DNA from: a virus
Length of the DNA: 64,000 nucleotides
IMG/VR virus record: IMGVR_UViG_3300028844_007948
Location: 64,001 to 128,000 of that record
Reading direction: 5' to 3' (one strand)
The notes under the pieces are model-generated. The model worked only from the letters and a program-made list of their open reading frames with translations, did not search any database and was not told the origin of the DNA. Both the position numbers and the translations under genes were made by a program. Shown piece by piece: positions 39,467 to 48,843 of this stretch. Every line of letters begins with the position of its first letter. Positions within the stretch are counted from its first letter, which is position 1.

Positions 39467-41902
39467 ATGGAAATAAAAGTAAAGAAAAGAAACGGAAGGT
39501 TAGAAGACTTTAAAGTAGAAAAGATAAATGCAATATCCGAAAGAGCGTGTGAAGACATTGATAATGTTTCTGCAAGTGAGGTCGTACTTGATGCCCAGTT
39601 ACAACTTTACGATAAAATTACTACTTCTGAAATAGACAAGGCTTTAATCCTTAGTTCTAGAGAAAAAATACAAAAAGAACCAAACTATAGTTTTGTAGCG
39701 TCTAGGCTTCTTTTAAATACGGCCTATAAAGAGGTGTTTAAAGAAGGGGTCGATTCTGATACTTTCAAATTACAATATAGGAAAAGTTTCATACAAAATA
39801 TTAAAAAACTATCCAAGGTGGGTAGAGTTAATGCTAAGCTTTTGGATTTCGACTTAGTAAAACTTTCTGAATCCTTAAAAATAAGGAGAGATTTAAATTT
39901 TAAATATTTAGGCATACAAATTTTAACTGATAGATACTTCATTAGGCACGAAGATAAAATCATGGAAGCTCCTCAAAGTTTCTGGATGAGGGTCGCTATG
40001 GGTCTAGCAATAAATGAAGAAAATAAAAATGAAAAAGCTATAGAGTTCTATAATCTTTTTAGTCAATTTTTATACACACCTTCCACTCCTACTCTTTTTA
40101 ACAGTGGCACAGTTCGATCTCAGTTAAGCTCATGCTATTTAAATACTTTTGATGATAGTATAGATGGAATTTTTGATGGAGCTTGGCAAGAGGCAAGAAA
40201 GTCAAAATATGCTGGAGGGCTTGGGCTTGATGTTACGCCTTTTAGGTCTACAGGCTCCTTCATAGAAGGCACTAATGGTATCTCAAGTGGTCTTGTGCCT
40301 TGGTTGAAGATATATAATGATCTATTAGTTGCAGTCAATCAAGGCGGAAAGCGTCCAGGTGCAGGATGTGCATATCTTGAGCCTTGGCACTTAGATTATG
40401 AAGATTTCCTAAACTTAAGAAGGAATACAGGGGATGATCGTTTACGATGTCATGACATGAATACAGCTTCATGGATACCAGATGAGTTTATGCGTAGAGT
40501 TAAGAACGAAGAAGATTGGTATTTCTTTGATCCAGGCGAGATGGTTTATGAAGACGGAAAGACTCTTCACGATTATTTTGGTAAAGATTTTGATGATAGA
40601 TATGAAGATGCATGTCGAGCTGCAGAATATGGCCACATCAAAAACTTCAGAAAAATCCCTGCCAAAGAGCTCTGGAAAAAAATGCTGAAAGTGCTTTTTG
40701 AGACTTCTCACCCATGGAATACTTTTAAAGATCCATGCAACATTCGTTACACAAATCAGCATGAAGGTACTGTCAGAAGCTCTAATCTTTGCACAGAAAT
40801 TACTCTGCACACTAAAGCCTCAAAATACAAAGAAGGGGAAAAGGTTGAGCATGGAGAAACCGCAGTCTGTAATTTAGGCTCTATTAATTTATTAAATCAT
40901 TTAAAAGAAAACAACTCTATAGATTTTCAGAAATTAAAATCAACTATACATACCGCTATACGTATATTAGATAATGTTATAGATTTAAATTTTTATCCAA
41001 CTAAAGAGTCTAGTAATTCTAATTTAAGAAATAGGCCAATAGGCCTAGGAATGATGGCTATTCATGATGTTCTACACAAAATGAACATAAAAATAGATAG
41101 CGATGAAGCCGTAGCTTTTAACGATAATTTGTTTGAATTTTATTCTTGCAATGCAATCCTTGCCAGCTCTATTCTTGCAAAAGAAAAAGGATCTTATGAA
41201 ACTTACAGTGGCTCTCTTTGGAGCAAGGGGGTGTTCCCTTTAGATTCATATAATAACTTAATGCTGTATAGGGGTAATAACACAAAGTCAACAGAAAACC
41301 TTAAAGAATGGGGTCGAGTCAGAGATCATGTTCGTCAATTTGGCATGAGGAACTCTAATGTTATGGCTATAGCTCCAACGGCTACTATAGGATACATAAA
41401 CGGTGTAGAGCAAAGTATTGAACCAAATTTTTCAGTATTATTTGTTTACGAAAATAAGAGTGGTAATTTTTATATAACCAATCCTCATTTCATTAAAGAT
41501 ATGAAGGATAGGGGTTTATGGAATGCAGAAATAGCTAATTTTATTAAAACTATAGATGGCGATTTATCCCTTGCAAATGGAGATATACCTCAAGATATAA
41601 AAGAAAAATATAAAACCGCTTTTGACAGAGACATGATGAGTTTAATAGATTCTAATTCTGCACGTCAGAAATGGATCGATCAAGCTGTAAGTTTTAATCT
41701 TTACAACAAAGGGACTTCACTAAAATACTTAAATGATATCTATATGAAATGTTGGGAGTGTGGTTTAAAAACCACCTATTATTTAAGAAATAGAGCTGCA
41801 AGTAAAATTGAAAAGTCTGCCAGTTCGGACACTTCATCTACTGAAACTTCGTGCAGTATTGAAGCCATGAAAAATGGAGAGGTTTGTGAATCCTGTCAGT
41901 AA
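39467..41902 (+). CDS. nrdA: Class I ribonucleotide reductase alpha subunit with ATP cone
   Basis: VKKRNG ATP cone, STPTLFN, QLSSC, NQGGKRPG, SNLCTEI, CNLGS, APT, TTYY, C-terminal CESCQ. Confidence 0.96.
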   Translation: MEIKVKKRNGRLEDFKVEKINAISERACEDIDNVSASEVVLDAQLQLYDKITTSEIDKALILSSREKIQKEPNYSFVASRLLLNTAYKEVFKEGVDSDTFKLQYRKSFIQNIKKLSKVGRVNAKLLDFDLVKLSESLKIRRDLNFKYLGIQILTDRYFIRHEDKIMEAPQSFWMRVAMGLAINEENKNEKAIEFYNLFSQFLYTPSTPTLFNSGTVRSQLSSCYLNTFDDSIDGIFDGAWQEARKSKYAGGLGLDVTPFRSTGSFIEGTNGISSGLVPWLKIYNDLLVAVNQGGKRPGAGCAYLEPWHLDYEDFLNLRRNTGDDRLRCHDMNTASWIPDEFMRRVKNEEDWYFFDPGEMVYEDGKTLHDYFGKDFDDRYEDACRAAEYGHIKNFRKIPAKELWKKMLKVLFETSHPWNTFKDPCNIRYTNQHEGTVRSSNLCTEITLHTKASKYKEGEKVEHGETAVCNLGSINLLNHLKENNSIDFQKLKSTIHTAIRILDNVIDLNFYPTKESSNSNLRNRPIGLGMMAIHDVLHKMNIKIDSDEAVAFNDNLFEFYSCNAILASSILAKEKGSYETYSGSLWSKGVFPLDSYNNLMLYRGNNTKSTENLKEWGRVRDHVRQFGMRNSNVMAIAPTATIGYINGVEQSIEPNFSVLFVYENKSGNFYITNPHFIKDMKDRGLWNAEIANFIKTIDGDLSLANGDIPQDIKEKYKTAFDRDMMSLIDSNSARQKWIDQAVSFNLYNKGTSLKYLNDIYMKCWECGLKTTYYLRNRAASKIEKSASSDTSSTETSCSIEAMKNGEVCESCQ

Positions 41903-42341
41903 AGCTTCTGGAGTAACATTAGTAGTTGGTAATGAAATATTGCTAGCTAAAAGATGCGAATTATGGAATGGAGAACCAGTGCCTTTAGCTGGCTATTGGA
42001 GTATTTTTGGCGGAGCTATTGAAAAAGGGGAGAGTGCCATGTCCTGTAGCATTAGAGAGATGAAAGAAGAAACTGGAGTTGATATAGAAATATCTGACCT
42101 TTCTTACATACGAGATATCTTTAATGATCATAGCGATGGTCATACAACTCAGTTTACTGTATATTTTTCTAAAAATAAAAGTAAACCTGTTATTGTTTTA
42201 AATGACGAGCATACTGAATTCAAATGGTTTGACATTAATGATATAGAGAATTTTCCATATAAAATTATGGACGATTTAAAAGACTGTATAATTAGATATA
42301 GATGTTACCTAAAGGATCTTAAAACTAAATATGGATTATAA
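41874..42341 (+). CDS. Nudix hydrolase
   Basis: GGAIEKGESAMSCSIREMKEETG Nudix box. Confidence 0.9.
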   Translation: MERFVNPVSKASGVTLVVGNEILLAKRCELWNGEPVPLAGYWSIFGGAIEKGESAMSCSIREMKEETGVDIEISDLSYIRDIFNDHSDGHTTQFTVYFSKNKSKPVIVLNDEHTEFKWFDINDIENFPYKIMDDLKDCIIRYRCYLKDLKTKYGL

Positions 42342-42346
42342 TTTTA

Positions 42347-42374
42347 TTGAAAAAGCTTTTTTTAAATTTATTAT
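42347..42374 (+). promoter_or_regulatory. Sigma70-like promoter
   Basis: TTGAAA-16-TATTAT upstream of ATG 42401. Confidence 0.5.
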
Positions 42375-42400
42375 AAATAAAAACTAACCCAAAAAATATC

Positions 42401-42592
42401 ATGATTCAATTCTATAATGTAAAAAAGAAGACAAAAGTCGAAATTTCAGAAGATAAAGTGGAAAAGAAAACCTACGAAAAAGTTTCCAAAGCTGGAAAGA
42501 CTACAATTAGATATGCCCTCGCTGCAGTAGATGAAGATGGCACAAAATTAACTAAATTTTGCAGTAAAGATGTCTACGACAGCCTTGGCTAA
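42401..42592 (+). CDS. Small basic protein, CC1/DUF5679-like putative DNA binder
   Basis: 63 aa, Lys-rich; FYNVKKK...G...YALAA...GTKLTKF pattern. Confidence 0.45.
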   Translation: MIQFYNVKKKTKVEISEDKVEKKTYEKVSKAGKTTIRYALAAVDEDGTKLTKFCSKDVYDSLG

Positions 42593-43026
42593 TGGGCCCA
42601 ATTTTAAATACTATATTGGGTGCGGGAATTAAACTCGCATGCAATTTAATAAACTCTTGGTTGGAGCAAAAAAGGCAAGACCAAATGATGCTTGCCGCAA
42701 GAGATAGTGCAACTCTTGAAGCTCTAATTAAAAATCAAGAAGTTCAAGCTAGTGATCCTTTTGTTAAAACCACAAGGAGAATATTGTTTATGTCTATCAC
42801 ATTTACAATGTGCTACCTTATGATTTATTATGCTCACAATCCCACAATCACTTATGATATAATTGTTCCTAAAGGTGATGGAGCAAAGTGGGGATTTTTT
42901 AGCTGGATATTTGGAGGTAAGGAATGGGAGGTTGTTACTCTCAGTGGTGGTTTAATGCTTAGCTCTTTTATAGATTTATGTTTTATGGTTGTCGGATTTT
43001 ACGCTATTCCTAGCAAGAGGAGATGA
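42592..43026 (+). CDS. Holin-like membrane protein
   Basis: Amphipathic N-terminus, DPFVKTTRR followed by a TM helix, second TM ending VVGFY, basic C-terminus. Confidence 0.5.
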   Translation: MGPILNTILGAGIKLACNLINSWLEQKRQDQMMLAARDSATLEALIKNQEVQASDPFVKTTRRILFMSITFTMCYLMIYYAHNPTITYDIIVPKGDGAKWGFFSWIFGGKEWEVVTLSGGLMLSSFIDLCFMVVGFYAIPSKRR

Positions 43027-43030
43027 TTTT

Positions 43031-43044
43031 GTGTAATATTTTAC
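43031..43044 (+). promoter_or_regulatory. GTGTA-type promoter motif
   Basis: GTGTA at 43031-43035, 9 nt, ATG 43045. Confidence 0.6.
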
Positions 43045-44088
43045 ATGAACTTTATTGATTTAAAAAACCAGATCCACCGTGCAAGTAAGTCTGAATTTAT
43101 CAGTCAACGCTCTACTTGGGTATCTAATATCAAAACTTTACTCGCTAATGCATCAGAGGCAGACATTGAATACTTCAGGAATCATGTTGGCAGAGAGTTG
43201 TTTAGAAAAGCAAACTTATTTGACGATGCATCTTTTATAAAAGATGATTTTGACTCTGGGTTTCGTCCTAGAATAGTCGATCCAACCACAGGATTAAATG
43301 GAAATATTATTTCGTGGTACGATGGGTCAGACCCTAGTTCTCACGAATTAGATTCGCAAAACAGAGTCATAAAAGCTTACGATAAAGCTGGATCTTTTGA
43401 TTTGTCTAGTAATAAAGGGATAGATAAAGCCCCGACAATTGGCCCCATAAAATTTGATGACGGAACATTTAGAAATACTTTCTTTTTTAGAGCAGGTCCC
43501 ACAGCTGATAATTGCACGTTCAGAAGTTATAATTTTTCTCATGACTTTAGCTTAGATGGTGAATTAAATATGCTCATTGTCTTACATCATATGAAATCTA
43601 ATTTAGGAGATAATGACACTCAAGATTTTATTTTTGAAGCTGCTCAAAACAACAAACATGCATCAGGAACCCCTAGGGTTTTTCTTAGAAAAGGTGGAGA
43701 GGATACAACTGCCCCTACCTATAATAACCAAGGGCTTGGGGATGCAATTGGATTCACTGAAGGCGAAGCTGTAATTCAGTTCGATAACCCAGTTAACTTA
43801 TTACTAAATTTTCATATAAAAAATAGCGAGCAAGAATCACGAATAAATGGAAAGCAAATTAAACAATCATCCAGAGTCAATGTTCAAAACATAACAAAAG
43901 AATCAGGAGGCGACGGAGGAATTTATTGGGGAAGCAATATGCATGGAGGGCAAACTCTAGAGGGTGGATTTGGAGAAATTATATTGTATGATAACTTTGC
44001 AGAGGATGGAGAGTTCTTAGAGTCTTATCTTGCTAAAAAGTGGGGCTTCGACATCCCAACACCTAAACATTTTAAAACATTTGTGTAG
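43045..44088 (+). CDS. LamG/ConA-like domain protein, probably virion-associated
   Basis: SWYDGSD...DKAG...GEIILYD...ESYLAKKWG signature. Confidence 0.7.
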   Translation: MNFIDLKNQIHRASKSEFISQRSTWVSNIKTLLANASEADIEYFRNHVGRELFRKANLFDDASFIKDDFDSGFRPRIVDPTTGLNGNIISWYDGSDPSSHELDSQNRVIKAYDKAGSFDLSSNKGIDKAPTIGPIKFDDGTFRNTFFFRAGPTADNCTFRSYNFSHDFSLDGELNMLIVLHHMKSNLGDNDTQDFIFEAAQNNKHASGTPRVFLRKGGEDTTAPTYNNQGLGDAIGFTEGEAVIQFDNPVNLLLNFHIKNSEQESRINGKQIKQSSRVNVQNITKESGGDGGIYWGSNMHGGQTLEGGFGEIILYDNFAEDGEFLESYLAKKWGFDIPTPKHFKTFV

Positions 44089-44090
44089 TT

Positions 44091-44681
44091 TTGGACTTTA
44101 TACTTTTCAGCTTATTAATACTTTCCTCTTTAACATCGGTTGGCTTTTATTTAAAATTTAAAAAAACTTTTATATATTTAAAAGATATAGAAAATGATAA
44201 TTTTTTAACCCAAGCTAGATTCAAAGATTTAGAAAAAAATTTAGAGCTAAAAGAAAATCAACATAGACTTAGCATGGAATCGTTAAAAGAATCTTTTGAG
44301 CATGAAAGAAAATCTATAGAAGAAAAAAAGGTAGAAATACAAACCAAGGAAAAAGGTTTCCAGATTGCTGTGGCAAAGCTCACCGAAGATCTTGAAGAGC
44401 AAAAAGAATTAAAATCTAAAGTTACTTCTCAGAAAAAAAGTAGCGAAGTTAGGTTAGGACATATAGCAGAAACCCTTGCTCCTTTTCTAGATCAATTTGA
44501 ATTTGAACCAGAAGAATGTTGCTTCTTGGGAAAGCCAATTGATTACGTGTCCTTTGGGGAAGAAGAAATTACATTTATAGAAGTTAAAAGCGGCCAAAGC
44601 CAACTAAGCACAAAGCAAAGAAAGATTAGAGATCAAGTCAAAGCTGGAAAAGTTTCTTGGAAAGAAGTGAGAATAAAATAA
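44091..44681 (+). CDS. Membrane-anchored coiled-coil Holliday-junction-resolvase-like endonuclease (Endonuc_Holl type)
   Basis: N-terminal TM, coiled coil, GHIAETLAP..FLGKPIDY..FIEVKSG..LS..QRKIRD. Confidence 0.8.
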   Translation: MDFILFSLLILSSLTSVGFYLKFKKTFIYLKDIENDNFLTQARFKDLEKNLELKENQHRLSMESLKESFEHERKSIEEKKVEIQTKEKGFQIAVAKLTEDLEEQKELKSKVTSQKKSSEVRLGHIAETLAPFLDQFEFEPEECCFLGKPIDYVSFGEEEITFIEVKSGQSQLSTKQRKIRDQVKAGKVSWKEVRIK

Positions 44682-44688
44682 TTTCACC

Positions 44689-44716
44689 TTGAGTAGAACC
44701 TGAATGGTCGTATAAT
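44689..44716 (+). promoter_or_regulatory. Sigma70-like promoter for nrdB
   Basis: TTGAGT-16-TATAAT. Confidence 0.6.
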
Positions 44717-44729
44717 CGTTATATAGACT

Positions 44730-45746
44730 ATGAATAAAGAAAAAACTGGAGATATATTAGGGAAAGAACTTGCTGGAGTGAATCAAATTTTACCCCATAA
44801 ACATAAATATGTTTGGGATTTATTCCTAAAAAGTTGTGCCAATAATTGGATGCCTACTGAAATATCAATGCAAAATGATATAAAACAATGGAAAAATGAT
44901 GAAATCACAGAAGATGAAAAGTTACTTGTTAAACGCTGTCTCGGATTTTTTGCTGGATCTGAGTCTTTGGTTGGTAACAATCTGTTTACTGTGGCCGCTA
45001 GATTTATTACGGATCCTGAGTGCGGTCAGTACATCATGCGTCAGGGCTTTGAAGAAAGTCTTCACAATCATACGATAGTCTATATTTGTGACAGTCTTGA
45101 TTTAGATGTGAAAGAAGTTTATGAGGCTTATCAGAATATTCCTAGTATAAAAGCTAAAGATGACTTTCTGATGTCTATAACTAACGATGTTAATAGACAA
45201 GATTTTGTTCATCATACAAAAGAAGGAAAACAAGAGCTTCTTCGTAACTTTTTAACCTACTGGATAGTTTGCGAGGGAACTTTTTTCTTTAGTGGTTTTG
45301 CAATGCTTCTTGCTTTAGGTAGGCAAAACAAATTACAAGGAATCTCTGATCAAATTAAATATACATTAAGAGACGAAACCAATCATATAGCTTTTGGGAC
45401 TTATGTTATAAATAAAATTATCGAACAAAATCCGTCAATCTGGACTAAAAAAATGCAAGATGAATTTGTTGATCATATGAAGAAAGCGGTTGATCTTGAA
45501 ATTGCCTATGCTCATGATGTGCTTCCTACTGGCATATTAGGTCTTAATGCAGATATGTTTGTTGACTACATGCATTATATTGGCAATCGTAGATTAGAGT
45601 CAATTGGTATAGATTTTCGCTTCCCTAGTGATAAAAATCCTTTTCCTTGGTTAGGTGAAGTTGTTGATGTTCAAGCCATGGGTAACTTCTTTGAAAGAAG
45701 GGTTAGGGAGTACCAACAAGTTGGTTCTCTTGACGATGACTTCTGA
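44730..45746 (+). CDS. nrdB: Ribonucleotide reductase beta subunit, class Ic (R2c)-like
   Basis: WMPTEI, FFAGSESLVGNN (Glu78), EESLHNHTI (Ile116 at the radical-Tyr position), EGTFFFSGF, RDETNH, NFFERRVREY. Confidence 0.93.
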   Translation: MNKEKTGDILGKELAGVNQILPHKHKYVWDLFLKSCANNWMPTEISMQNDIKQWKNDEITEDEKLLVKRCLGFFAGSESLVGNNLFTVAARFITDPECGQYIMRQGFEESLHNHTIVYICDSLDLDVKEVYEAYQNIPSIKAKDDFLMSITNDVNRQDFVHHTKEGKQELLRNFLTYWIVCEGTFFFSGFAMLLALGRQNKLQGISDQIKYTLRDETNHIAFGTYVINKIIEQNPSIWTKKMQDEFVDHMKKAVDLEIAYAHDVLPTGILGLNADMFVDYMHYIGNRRLESIGIDFRFPSDKNPFPWLGEVVDVQAMGNFFERRVREYQQVGSLDDDF

Positions 45747-46941
45747 TGTAACAATATTAATTGCATTTTTTAGTACATGTAAGTACAGAAAAAATTCTTT
45801 TCGTTTCGTAAGAGATTATATAATTAATTGCCGCATACCTTTGGTTGTTTGCGAGCAGACCAATAAAGATAAAAAAAGCTTTCAAGAAGGTTCTTATAAG
45901 CATTTTTACTTAAATATTGATGGTCCATTCAATAAATCAAAACTTTATAATTTTGGAGTTAAAAACATCTTAACTAAACACATTTGGTTCTTAGATTCGG
46001 ATGTCATTCTTGATTTTAGTAAAGTAATACCCAAGTTAAATGATCAAGAATTTGTTAGACCTTTTGGTCCAGTTTATATGCTATCAGAGAAGCAGTCTAT
46101 TTCCTTTAAAAAAGGTTTCCCAATTAACCTCAAAGAAGTAAACGCCGACTCTCATTTCTCAAAGCATTCTTTCATAATTAGATCTGATATCTTCCATCGA
46201 TCAAAAGGTTTTGATGAAAAATTTTCTGGCTGGGGCTGGGAAGATATAGACTTCTCTTACAATAAAATGGATTTTTGTAAAAAAGAAGTTTTTGATAATG
46301 TTTTTGGCTTTCATTTTTTTCATCCTCCAGCTTCTAAATTTAACGAGAGGAATAATTTTTTAAATTATTTACAAAACTCTGGTAATCGGCCTAAACTTAG
46401 TATTTGTTCTTTTCTAGATTCGAATTTTGATTTTGATAATTTTAAAAAAATGCTGTCTTCTAGTGGCGAAATTCATAAGTCGATAGATTTTTCTATTTTC
46501 ACAAATTTGGAAAAAGAAAGGGTTCCGATCAAAGAACTTTCCTCTATCCAATCTAAATTTCCATCGGTTAGTCTTTTTTGGAATGCGTCTAAATTAGAGA
46601 GCCTAAAAGATAAAATGAATTCTACTGTTTATATTTCTACAGGTTTATTAGTTTCATATTTTGATAATAGCTTTGTTCCAGATTATAATTTTTTTCAAAA
46701 AGCTCTTTCTTCTACTAGCTCTTTGTTTAATGCAGGCGGATCTCTTTTCATAAGCAGAGATCTTTTTGATTCCGTAAATGGTTATGTTGACTTTAAAACC
46801 GTTTCTGAATGCAATAAGGACCTTGAGAGCAGGTCATCCGAAATTCTCGAAAACAAATCTTATAATTTTTATTCTAGTTTTGGGGAAAGAGATGGTTTAG
46901 AAGTTTATAATTTTAAAACTAAAAGTTTTTCCCCTCTTTAA
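45736..46941 (+). CDS. GT2/GT7-like glycosyltransferase with a degenerate second domain
   Basis: FNKSKLYNFG, FLDSD, GFDEKFSGWGWEDIDF; likely ATG at 45736. Confidence 0.75.
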   Translation: MTSDVTILIAFFSTCKYRKNSFRFVRDYIINCRIPLVVCEQTNKDKKSFQEGSYKHFYLNIDGPFNKSKLYNFGVKNILTKHIWFLDSDVILDFSKVIPKLNDQEFVRPFGPVYMLSEKQSISFKKGFPINLKEVNADSHFSKHSFIIRSDIFHRSKGFDEKFSGWGWEDIDFSYNKMDFCKKEVFDNVFGFHFFHPPASKFNERNNFLNYLQNSGNRPKLSICSFLDSNFDFDNFKKMLSSSGEIHKSIDFSIFTNLEKERVPIKELSSIQSKFPSVSLFWNASKLESLKDKMNSTVYISTGLLVSYFDNSFVPDYNFFQKALSSTSSLFNAGGSLFISRDLFDSVNGYVDFKTVSECNKDLESRSSEILENKSYNFYSSFGERDGLEVYNFKTKSFSPL

Positions 46942-46943
46942 TC

Positions 46944-46971
46944 TTGTTTTTATCTTTTTTTGGCTTAGGTT
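46944..46971 (+). promoter_or_regulatory. Sigma70-like promoter
   Basis: TTGTTT-16-TAGGTT, 9 nt before TTG 46981. Confidence 0.35.
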
Positions 46972-46980
46972 ATTTTTGAA

Positions 46981-47328
46981 TTGAAGCTAAAACAAACAGA
47001 AAAGAAAAATATAATAGAATTCTTACTCAATGTCCCGAAAGTCAATAAAAGAGGATTTTGGGCTAGAGAAATAAAACTTTTGAATGATCTTTTTTCTGAA
47101 TATCCCAGTTTAGATTTTTGGAAAAAATTAAATTTCCCTGATAAGTACGACTCTTTAAGTTTTTTTAAATCACAATTTGGAATTAAAAAGTTAAAGAAGA
47201 AATTTTTAGAGTATAATTATGTTCCAAAGCAAAATTTAGAAATTAAAATTTATGATAATAAATTTGGAGAGCCTTACAAAAAAAATAAAAAACAAAAAAC
47301 TATAAAATCCTTTCTTACAAATGAGTGA
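46981..47328 (+). CDS. Basic hypothetical protein
   Basis: 115-aa ORF overlapping the recA start. Confidence 0.6.
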   Translation: MKLKQTEKKNIIEFLLNVPKVNKRGFWAREIKLLNDLFSEYPSLDFWKKLNFPDKYDSLSFFKSQFGIKKLKKKFLEYNYVPKQNLEIKIYDNKFGEPYKKNKKQKTIKSFLTNE

Positions 47329-48403
47329 TACATTAAAAATAATCGATGATTTTCTTACCGATAAAGAAAATAAAAAATACCATTATAATAATTACGAAGA
47401 TGATAATTATAAAATTTCATCTGGTAGTATAAATCTAGATCTTGCTTTGGGCGGTGGACTTCCTTCTGGAGCTCATAGGTTTACAGGAGTTAACGAAGGT
47501 GGTAAAACTAGTTGTGCTTTAACGGTTGCAAAAAACTTCCAAAATTATTTTGGTAAAAAGGGTATGGTTGTTTATATTAGAAGTGAAGGTAGACTTAGCC
47601 CAGAGTTATTAAATAGATGCGGCATAGATCGAGATCCAGAAAAGTTTTTCAAATTTGACTGTAATATTTTTGAAAAAGTTTTTCAACTCATAAGAACTCT
47701 TGTCGATGAAAACCCAGATGATAAAAAATATTTATTCATAATCGATAGTGTTGATGCTCTTTGTAGAATAGGTGATTATGATAAGCCTTTTGATGAGAGC
47801 GAGCAGGTTGCTGGAGGAGCTTTAGTAACATCTGTTTTTTTAAAGAAGATGGTTTTGCCTATAACTAAAATGGGTCACATGATGATATTGACATCTCAAG
47901 TTAGGGTTGAGGTTGCGACTAACCCTTATGCTAGTAGAGGTGGGCCCAAAGTTAAACAAGCGGGAGGAAATGCTGTTAAGCATTATGCTAATTTTATTTT
48001 AGAATTTCAAGAGAGATACACTAATGATATTATATATCCAAATGCCTCTGCTTCAAAGATAGAGGATAAAGGAGATCCAATAGGTCATATTTGCAAAATA
48101 ATTTTCAGAAAAAGTGTTAACGAAAAGACTGGGGGGGTAGTGAGATATCCTATAAGGTACGGTCAAAAAGACGGAAATAGTATATGGGTAGAGAGAGAAA
48201 TTTTAGATATGATGAAATTATGGGGTTACATTGAACAAAAAGGAGCTTGGATTTCTTTTGATCAAGAGATTATTGATCTAGCTAAAGAGCAGGGGATTGA
48301 ATGTCCAGAAAAAATACAAGGCGAAAATAAATTAGTTGATTTTATAGATCAGAACAAAGGGTTTACTAAATTTATGCTCTCTCAAATTCATTCAAATTTT
48401 TAA
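47321..48403 (+). CDS. recA: RecA/UvsX recombinase
   Basis: SSGSINLDLALGGGLP, GVNEGGKT, IIDSV, SQVR, GGNAVKHYA, KGAW. Confidence 0.9.
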   Translation: MSDTLKIIDDFLTDKENKKYHYNNYEDDNYKISSGSINLDLALGGGLPSGAHRFTGVNEGGKTSCALTVAKNFQNYFGKKGMVVYIRSEGRLSPELLNRCGIDRDPEKFFKFDCNIFEKVFQLIRTLVDENPDDKKYLFIIDSVDALCRIGDYDKPFDESEQVAGGALVTSVFLKKMVLPITKMGHMMILTSQVRVEVATNPYASRGGPKVKQAGGNAVKHYANFILEFQERYTNDIIYPNASASKIEDKGDPIGHICKIIFRKSVNEKTGGVVRYPIRYGQKDGNSIWVEREILDMMKLWGYIEQKGAWISFDQEIIDLAKEQGIECPEKIQGENKLVDFIDQNKGFTKFMLSQIHSNF

Positions 48404-48813
48404 TGAAATTTAAAACAATCCAAGGCTCTCTTAAAAGAGTTCCAAAAGTTAGAAATTATTTGATAGATTGGGAAGGTAAAAGCAAAAGTAAAATACAGTT
48501 TAATACAAAAAAGTTCTTAAAAGACTATTGGGAAAATCATGTTGTATTCGAGGAGTTTCCTGTAGCTGGAACGAGACTTTCTTTAGACTTTTATAATGCT
48601 ACAAAAAAAATAGCCATTGAAGTTCAAGGAGCTCAGCATAGAAAATACGTTCCCTTTTTTCATGGAGGTCATAAATCAAATTATTTAGACCAATTAAGAA
48701 GAGATAAGCAAAAAATGGAATTTTGCTCTACAAATGAAATAAAGTTGATGGAAGTTTATGATGGAGATGTTATAGATAGATCTCTTTTTGAAAAGTTTGG
48801 AATAAATTTATAG
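48403..48813 (+). CDS. DUF559/Vsr-like endonuclease
   Basis: EEFP..LSLDFY..IAIEVQGAQH..QLRRDKQK. Confidence 0.75.
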   Translation: MKFKTIQGSLKRVPKVRNYLIDWEGKSKSKIQFNTKKFLKDYWENHVVFEEFPVAGTRLSLDFYNATKKIAIEVQGAQHRKYVPFFHGGHKSNYLDQLRRDKQKMEFCSTNEIKLMEVYDGDVIDRSLFEKFGINL

Positions 48814-48843
48814 TGTATATATAATATGTAAGACACTATAAAT
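48806..48843 (+). promoter_or_regulatory. 11-bp inverted repeat containing a GTGTA motif and ending at the start codon
   Basis: ATTTATAGTGT (48806-48816) and ACACTATAAAT (48833-48843), 16-nt loop, ATG 48844. Confidence 0.65.

Noticed and set aside
44083-44090. GTGTA before the TTG start at 44091
   Set aside because: Only 3 nt from the start, which does not fit the 9-11 nt spacing; probably just the Val-stop of the upstream gene.
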